Below, piece by piece: positions 59,913 through 64,000 of a DNA stretch of 64,000 nt. This DNA is from Candidatus Kaiserbacteria bacterium. GTDB taxonomy: Bacteria; Patescibacteriota; Minisyncoccia; Phycocordibacterales; UBA2100. Below the pieces are notes generated by a model. The model saw only the letters and a program-made list of their open reading frames with translations. It did no database searches and was not told where the DNA came from. The position numbers and the translations under genes are program-made. Position 1 is the stretch's first letter, and every line of letters starts with the position of its first letter. The DNA lies in NCBI GenBank assembly GCA_028286585.1, contig JAQBRI010000009.1:28010-92009 (forward strand), given 5' to 3'.

Positions 59913-59949
59913 AAGACCTCGGCTGAATAAAAGCCGAGGTCTTTTATTT
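59913..59949 (+). terminator. Second intrinsic-terminator-like hairpin, 40 nt upstream of the GNAT gene
   Basis: 'aagacctcggctgaataaaagccgaggtctt' plus 'ttattt'. Confidence 0.6.
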
Positions 59950-59989
59950 AGCAGAACAAAAATGCTCTTTCATATAAGGATATTCAAAG

Positions 59990-60571
59990 ATGAGCGACAT
60001 CGTATTTAGACAAGGTAAGCGTGTATTGCTTCGCCCATTGGAGCGAGCAGACATCCCTACCCTTCGGCGGTGGATGAATGATCCCGAGATAACCCAGTTC
60101 CTGATGCGAGCCTTTCCACTCATGGAAAAAGAGGAGGAGGAATGGATCGAGAACAAGCACATGAACCAGAATGATGTTGCTTTGGGAATCGTTACGGTTG
60201 AGAATAAGAAACTCATCGGCTCGATAGGACTCCACGGTATCAACTGGCAACATCGCACAGCAACAACTGGCACTGTACTTGGCGAAAAGGAATGTTGGGG
60301 AAAGGGTTACGGAACTGAAGCAAAAATGCTTCTGCTTGATTTTGCCTTCAATACCCTCGACCTGTACGGTGTTGTCTCTCGTGTTCTCTCCCACAACGGG
60401 CGCAGTCTCGCATATGGAAAAAAGTGCGGATACGAAGAAGTCGGCCGATTACCGCAATGGATACGCAGACAAAACGGTGAGCGGTGCGACGAAGTACTAC
60501 TCATCGTTACGCAAGAAAAGTGGGGGCCATTGTGGCAGGAATATCTAAAAAATAGAAAAGCTGCCGAATAA
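59990..60571 (+). CDS. GNAT-family N-acetyltransferase (RimJ/RimL-like)
   Basis: 'VLLRPLERADIPTLRRWMNDPEI' N-terminus and 'WGKGYGTEA' acetyl-CoA-binding motif A. Confidence 0.8.
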   Translation: MSDIVFRQGKRVLLRPLERADIPTLRRWMNDPEITQFLMRAFPLMEKEEEEWIENKHMNQNDVALGIVTVENKKLIGSIGLHGINWQHRTATTGTVLGEKECWGKGYGTEAKMLLLDFAFNTLDLYGVVSRVLSHNGRSLAYGKKCGYEEVGRLPQWIRRQNGERCDEVLLIVTQEKWGPLWQEYLKNRKAAE

Positions 60572-60577
60572 GTACTT

Positions 60578-60606
60578 AGGGACGGTCACCACCGTCCCTT
60601 TTTTAT
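60578..60606 (+). terminator. Rho-independent terminator
   Basis: 'agggacggtcaccaccgtccct' plus 'ttttttattt'. Confidence 0.75.
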
Positions 60607-60628
60607 TTCTTAATATTATATTTGGCAA

Positions 60629-62635
60629 TTACTCTAAAACTTCTTGAACGATTCCTTGTACAGAATCACCTTCTTCAGGAATTATAGGTTGATGACTTTT
60701 GTTGGTACTTTTTGGTAACAAAATTCTGCGTCCATCTTTTTTGTCATACATTTTAATAGTCACGTTATCACCAAGCAATGCAACTACCCTATCACCAGTT
60801 TCTCCTTTTTCCGCAAATCTACACAGAACCAGATCTCCATCATTTATGCCTGCCAAGTCCATAGAATCCCCGTTCGCACGCAGTATAAAGTAAGTGGCAC
60901 CTGCCCTAAGTTTCGACTTTGGAACCATTATTTCATCTTCAATATTTTCTTCTCCGAGCAAGGGACTTCCGCACGGTGCCGAACCCACGATCGGCACTTG
61001 AACCATTGCAACCGTAATTGGAGATTTTATAGGTTGATACTCGTTATCTGATAAAACCGCCTGCTTATCGGAAAACATTGACGAAAAATATTTTCTTAAT
61101 TCCTCATCCACAACATAAACAAATGTGCCTTTTATTCCTCGTGTTAACAATGTCTTATAGATATTTGTAATATATCCCTTGAGTTCTTCAGGGTCCGATA
61201 TTGATCTCTTCCCGTTAATATCTTTGTATTTCTTTTCATCAATAATAATGCGTTTTGCTATTGGATCATATGAAAATTCAGGTCCTATGATTACGCCGGT
61301 GTAATTTAGATCATATCCCTGTACAGTGTGAATACATCCAACTTCATTTAGAGAGTTTTTTGAATTAACCCAATCTATATTCGTGCTATTCCAGGTAAGT
61401 TGTAAGCCATCAATCTCGATATCATGACCCGGTTTGTTTCCTTTTGTTTTCCACGACCAGGCATATCCTGCAACGAGACGCGCTAATTTATGCTCTGCGT
61501 CCTTGGTTTTGATATCTTCAACCATATCGCGAATTGAGTCGTACATTTTAAATTCATAGTTTGAAAATCGAGGCTGTTCTACATGACGGCCTTCAAGTAA
61601 ATTGTCTACGAATCGCAAATAATCTTCACCTGCATTGATACGCATCTGGCTTACCAATTCAAACTCTTTTGCATCAAGTTTAGAAAAATCTGTAGCTTGT
61701 ACGTCTCCCGGGACGACATTTTGTTTTTTGTCGTAGAAGAATATTTGTTTTTTAGAGCACTTCATTACCCAATCAAGCTGTGTACCTTCCTTTGCCAGGC
61801 CTAACGCACGATTCGTTTGATCATAGGAGCCAAAGTTTGCTAGATTTACTCTTCGTCGAAGCCTATGTGCTTCATCAACAATAAGTAAATCATATTCTTT
61901 TTTCACAACATCACTCGGTCCAATCACCATTTCGACCCCAAGACCTGGAACTCTTTTTACTACTCTTTGTAGTGTTGCTCGTAAACCTGTCATTGGAACA
62001 ACAAGGGCAATCTTAAGATGACTTGTTTCCGAGGTTTCCTTAAGATGTTTGAGCAAATACATTGCGAGTATCGATTTACCAGTACCCGGATTACCATGGA
62101 CGATATGGGTCGAAACTTTATTTGCTTTTATACTTTCCTCGAGTGCTGTTGCAACTTCAAGCTGATCTTCTGTAAGTGCTTTATATGGAGAGTACTTAAA
62201 AAACTCACTGTTTTTTATCGAATGTAAATCTTCTTTAACGAGCCCGAGTTCTTGTAGTTTTGGCCATATAACATCCAATTTGGCTTGATATTTTTCCTTT
62301 TCGAAATAGTTATGATTTATTAAACCACCATTCCCATTTTGCAGTTTAAATACACCATCAGCAGAAACATATTGGATAAGTAAGGATTCGAAATCAAAGG
62401 CAGAGGAAAGATTAAATTCTTCATCTGTAAGTACGTGGATTCTTTTTAAGCGACGTCTATTCTCATTAAGGTCGTAATGTTGTTTACTTCTTGAGTAAAG
62501 AGTGGTCGTCTGTCCAATATACATCTCACTACCATTTTCTTGGATGTATACGACTGGCCAATTTAGGCCATAGTGAAAATCTCTGAGTTTATCAAAGTCT
62601 TTGCGATCAAAGGGGAAAGTTTTGATCTCTACCAT
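60629..62635 (-). CDS. three-domain protein: N-terminal GIY-YIG nuclease, central DUF2075-type P-loop ATPase, C-terminal LexA-like S24 peptidase domain
   Basis: 'VVYIQENGSEMYIGQTTTLYSRSKQH' (GIY-YIG). 'VHGNPGTGKSILAMYL' Walker A and 'LLIVDEAHRL' Walker B (DUF2075/Schlafen-like ATPase). C-terminal 'ILRANGDSMDLAGINDGDLVL...VALLGDNVTIKMY' has the GDSM serine motif of S24 peptidases. Confidence 0.65.
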   Translation of the reverse strand: MVEIKTFPFDRKDFDKLRDFHYGLNWPVVYIQENGSEMYIGQTTTLYSRSKQHYDLNENRRRLKRIHVLTDEEFNLSSAFDFESLLIQYVSADGVFKLQNGNGGLINHNYFEKEKYQAKLDVIWPKLQELGLVKEDLHSIKNSEFFKYSPYKALTEDQLEVATALEESIKANKVSTHIVHGNPGTGKSILAMYLLKHLKETSETSHLKIALVVPMTGLRATLQRVVKRVPGLGVEMVIGPSDVVKKEYDLLIVDEAHRLRRRVNLANFGSYDQTNRALGLAKEGTQLDWVMKCSKKQIFFYDKKQNVVPGDVQATDFSKLDAKEFELVSQMRINAGEDYLRFVDNLLEGRHVEQPRFSNYEFKMYDSIRDMVEDIKTKDAEHKLARLVAGYAWSWKTKGNKPGHDIEIDGLQLTWNSTNIDWVNSKNSLNEVGCIHTVQGYDLNYTGVIIGPEFSYDPIAKRIIIDEKKYKDINGKRSISDPEELKGYITNIYKTLLTRGIKGTFVYVVDEELRKYFSSMFSDKQAVLSDNEYQPIKSPITVAMVQVPIVGSAPCGSPLLGEENIEDEIMVPKSKLRAGATYFILRANGDSMDLAGINDGDLVLCRFAEKGETGDRVVALLGDNVTIKMYDKKDGRRILLPKSTNKSHQPIIPEEGDSVQGIVQEVLE

Positions 62636-62637
62636 AT

Positions 62638-63003
62638 CTACAACTGTGTATACTTTGTGTGCCGCCCTTTGGCCTTTGCTACCGGGTATTTCTCACCATT
62701 TTTCTTCATCTTTTTTTCAAGTGCATCAGAAATATCAATTTTAAGATCATTACACATTAGCAGTACCCAATAGAATACATCGGCTAACTCTTCGGCAACA
62801 TCTTCTTTATTTGTCTTTATGTGTGCCTCCATTTCTTCTTTATTTTTCCATTGAAAATGTTCCATGACTTCGGCAGCCTCTAAAACCAAGGAAATGGCTG
62901 TGTCTTTTGGGTTATGAAATTGTTTCCAATCACGAGCGTCACGAAATGAGACCACGAGCTTTTTGAGCTCCGCAAGGCTCTTTTGGGTCTTTTTTGTCGT
63001 CAT
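62638..63003 (-). CDS. MazG-like nucleotide pyrophosphohydrolase (all-alpha NTP-PPase)
   Basis: 'ISLVLEAAEVMEHFQWKN' and 'EELADVFYWVLLMCNDLKIDISDALEKKMKKN', the EExxE and ELAD motifs of the MazG fold. Its stop is 3 nt from the upstream gene. Confidence 0.7.
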   Translation of the reverse strand: MTTKKTQKSLAELKKLVVSFRDARDWKQFHNPKDTAISLVLEAAEVMEHFQWKNKEEMEAHIKTNKEDVAEELADVFYWVLLMCNDLKIDISDALEKKMKKNGEKYPVAKAKGRHTKYTQL

Positions 63004-63076
63004 AGATAGTCAAATAATACTCTTTTTATGAGATAAAGCTAAAGTGTATTCATAATGATGACTGACCCTATTTCTC

Positions 63077-63985
63077 CTAGTATTTCGTACCGATATATAT
63101 ACCGTAGGTACCATAGCATTGATATCCGCCCTTGCCTTTGTGGGGGCGCATGGACGAGTCATGATTATTTCGAGTGAAGCGTTTACCACAAACACCGCAC
63201 TTAAAGATATACTTTAACCCTCCAGAAAAACGTTGCCCTTGTGGACGAAGTGTACGGACAGTCTGCATACGGGGCGCTCTCGGGGCTTTCTCCGGTTTGT
63301 TTGGATCAAACAAGTATCGATCTTCCGGTATTTCACCCGACTTCGACAGTTCAATCGGATACTGCGGTATAAATTTCACATCTGTATTTTCCAGCGTTTC
63401 CACCTTGTCGGAAATGAAGCTACGCATCCCAGGTGGATTGGTGCCTCCACTTTTGTTGTACGCAAAAAAATACTCACGTTCGCTCCCGTCCCTCTTCTGC
63501 ATGTACTTGAGCGAGTACGGCTCCACAGTGCGGTCCGCACCGTTATAGCGGAAGCGCAGAAGCGTTTGGGTACGTGCTGCGTGCATAATAGTAGCGCGAT
63601 GATCAGCATTGAAATAGGCGAATTGGGCGAAGCCGCTGTCAGAATATCCTGCGAACAGCAGTTCTAGATCTGTGGTAAATGCGATGATTGCATCCTCGAC
63701 ACCAATTAAGAATTCCTTGGCACACACCACAGACTTTGCCCATTCCTGCCGATAGTAGTCAAAACCGGTTTTCAACAGGATGCTTTTGAGTACAAAAGGA
63801 TTTCGAGAGAAGATTGTTTTTTGTATTAGCGTGCGCATCACTTCTCCCCTGTCGAGGCTGCCACCCAACTTCTGAATGGAGTAAGCATAGTCAAAAAGAT
63901 CTGGCGCGTGCTGGCGCTGCATCATACATTTCAGCTTTGTGGCGATAATCTCTTCGAGCTTCATACAGCGAATAGTGCATGCCAC
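63077..63985 (-). CDS. AbiEii-like (DUF1814 nucleotidyltransferase toxin family) protein with C-terminal zinc ribbon; may extend past window end
   Basis: 'LEEIIATKLKCMMQRQHAPDLFDYAYSI' resembles the conserved 'EEILAEKL.A...R...RDLYDL' block of AbiEii/DUF1814 proteins. The C-terminus has 'CGVCGKRF...QCYG'. The ORF start is within 15 nt of the window edge. Confidence 0.4.
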   Translation of the reverse strand: MACTIRCMKLEEIIATKLKCMMQRQHAPDLFDYAYSIQKLGGSLDRGEVMRTLIQKTIFSRNPFVLKSILLKTGFDYYRQEWAKSVVCAKEFLIGVEDAIIAFTTDLELLFAGYSDSGFAQFAYFNADHRATIMHAARTQTLLRFRYNGADRTVEPYSLKYMQKRDGSEREYFFAYNKSGGTNPPGMRSFISDKVETLENTDVKFIPQYPIELSKSGEIPEDRYLFDPNKPEKAPRAPRMQTVRTLRPQGQRFSGGLKYIFKCGVCGKRFTRNNHDSSMRPHKGKGGYQCYGTYGIYIGTKY

Positions 63986-64000
63986 CTCTTCCGCATCCGA

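Noticed and set aside
59944-60394. Minus-strand ORFs 59944..60273 and 59984..60394 overlapping the GNAT gene
   Set aside because: Antisense to a well-supported GNAT acetyltransferase ORF with its own terminator. No features of their own.

Overview
The window is a gene-dense stretch (~45% GC) from a bacterium with a streamlined, Patescibacteria/CPR-like gene complement; that lineage assignment is inference. Both encoded tRNAs carry CCA. The glycogen enzymes are archaeal-type: GH57, a GT4 glycogen synthase and a bifunctional PGI/PMI. 

The dominant feature is a 17.8 kb minus-strand gene (38993..56818) encoding a 5,941-aa surface protein. From N to C it has a signal/TM segment, a Ser/Thr-rich stalk, about 3,200 aa of poly-Gly/Ala-interrupted 'Y(A/V)GGLVG.N.G.I' (GLUG-like) repeats, 21 tandem fibronectin-III modules, a 17-residue poly-Gly linker and a C-terminal type-I dockerin. 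Two membrane-anchored cohesin-like proteins lie directly downstream on the same strand (38105..38974 and 36619..38118), and a MarR regulator lies directly upstream. I read this as a cohesin-dockerin anchored giant adhesin operon, which is the most likely candidate for the undescribed system. 

Other blocks:
- A flavinylated FMN-binding protein followed by a NqrB/RnfD-like membrane domain fused to an FNR module.
- An SPFH (band 7) protein and an ABC-2 exporter.
- A dTMP-synthesis neighbourhood: CofE-like gene and folA in one operon, a cytidylyltransferase, a dCMP deaminase, two tandem HIT paralogs, thyA, dut and glyA.
- A glycogen/sugar cluster: ROK kinase, PGI/PMI, GH15 glucoamylase, GH57 and GT4 glycogen synthase.
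- A complete type IV pilus operon: PilB, PilC, four or five pilin-like genes including a 506-aa pilin with an LVIVD beta-propeller, and a major pilin.
- hisS, a DEDD exonuclease, and tRNA-Phe(GAA) and tRNA-Arg(CCT) flanking a small ORF.
- A VIT-family protein, NUDIX, SET-domain protein, glutaredoxin and GNAT acetyltransferase.
- At the 3' end, a putative defense islet: a GIY-YIG/DUF2075 ATPase/S24-peptidase fusion, a MazG-like protein and an AbiEii-like protein.

The many Pro/Arg-rich plus-strand ORFs inside 38993..56818 are mirror artefacts of the GGN-rich coding strand.
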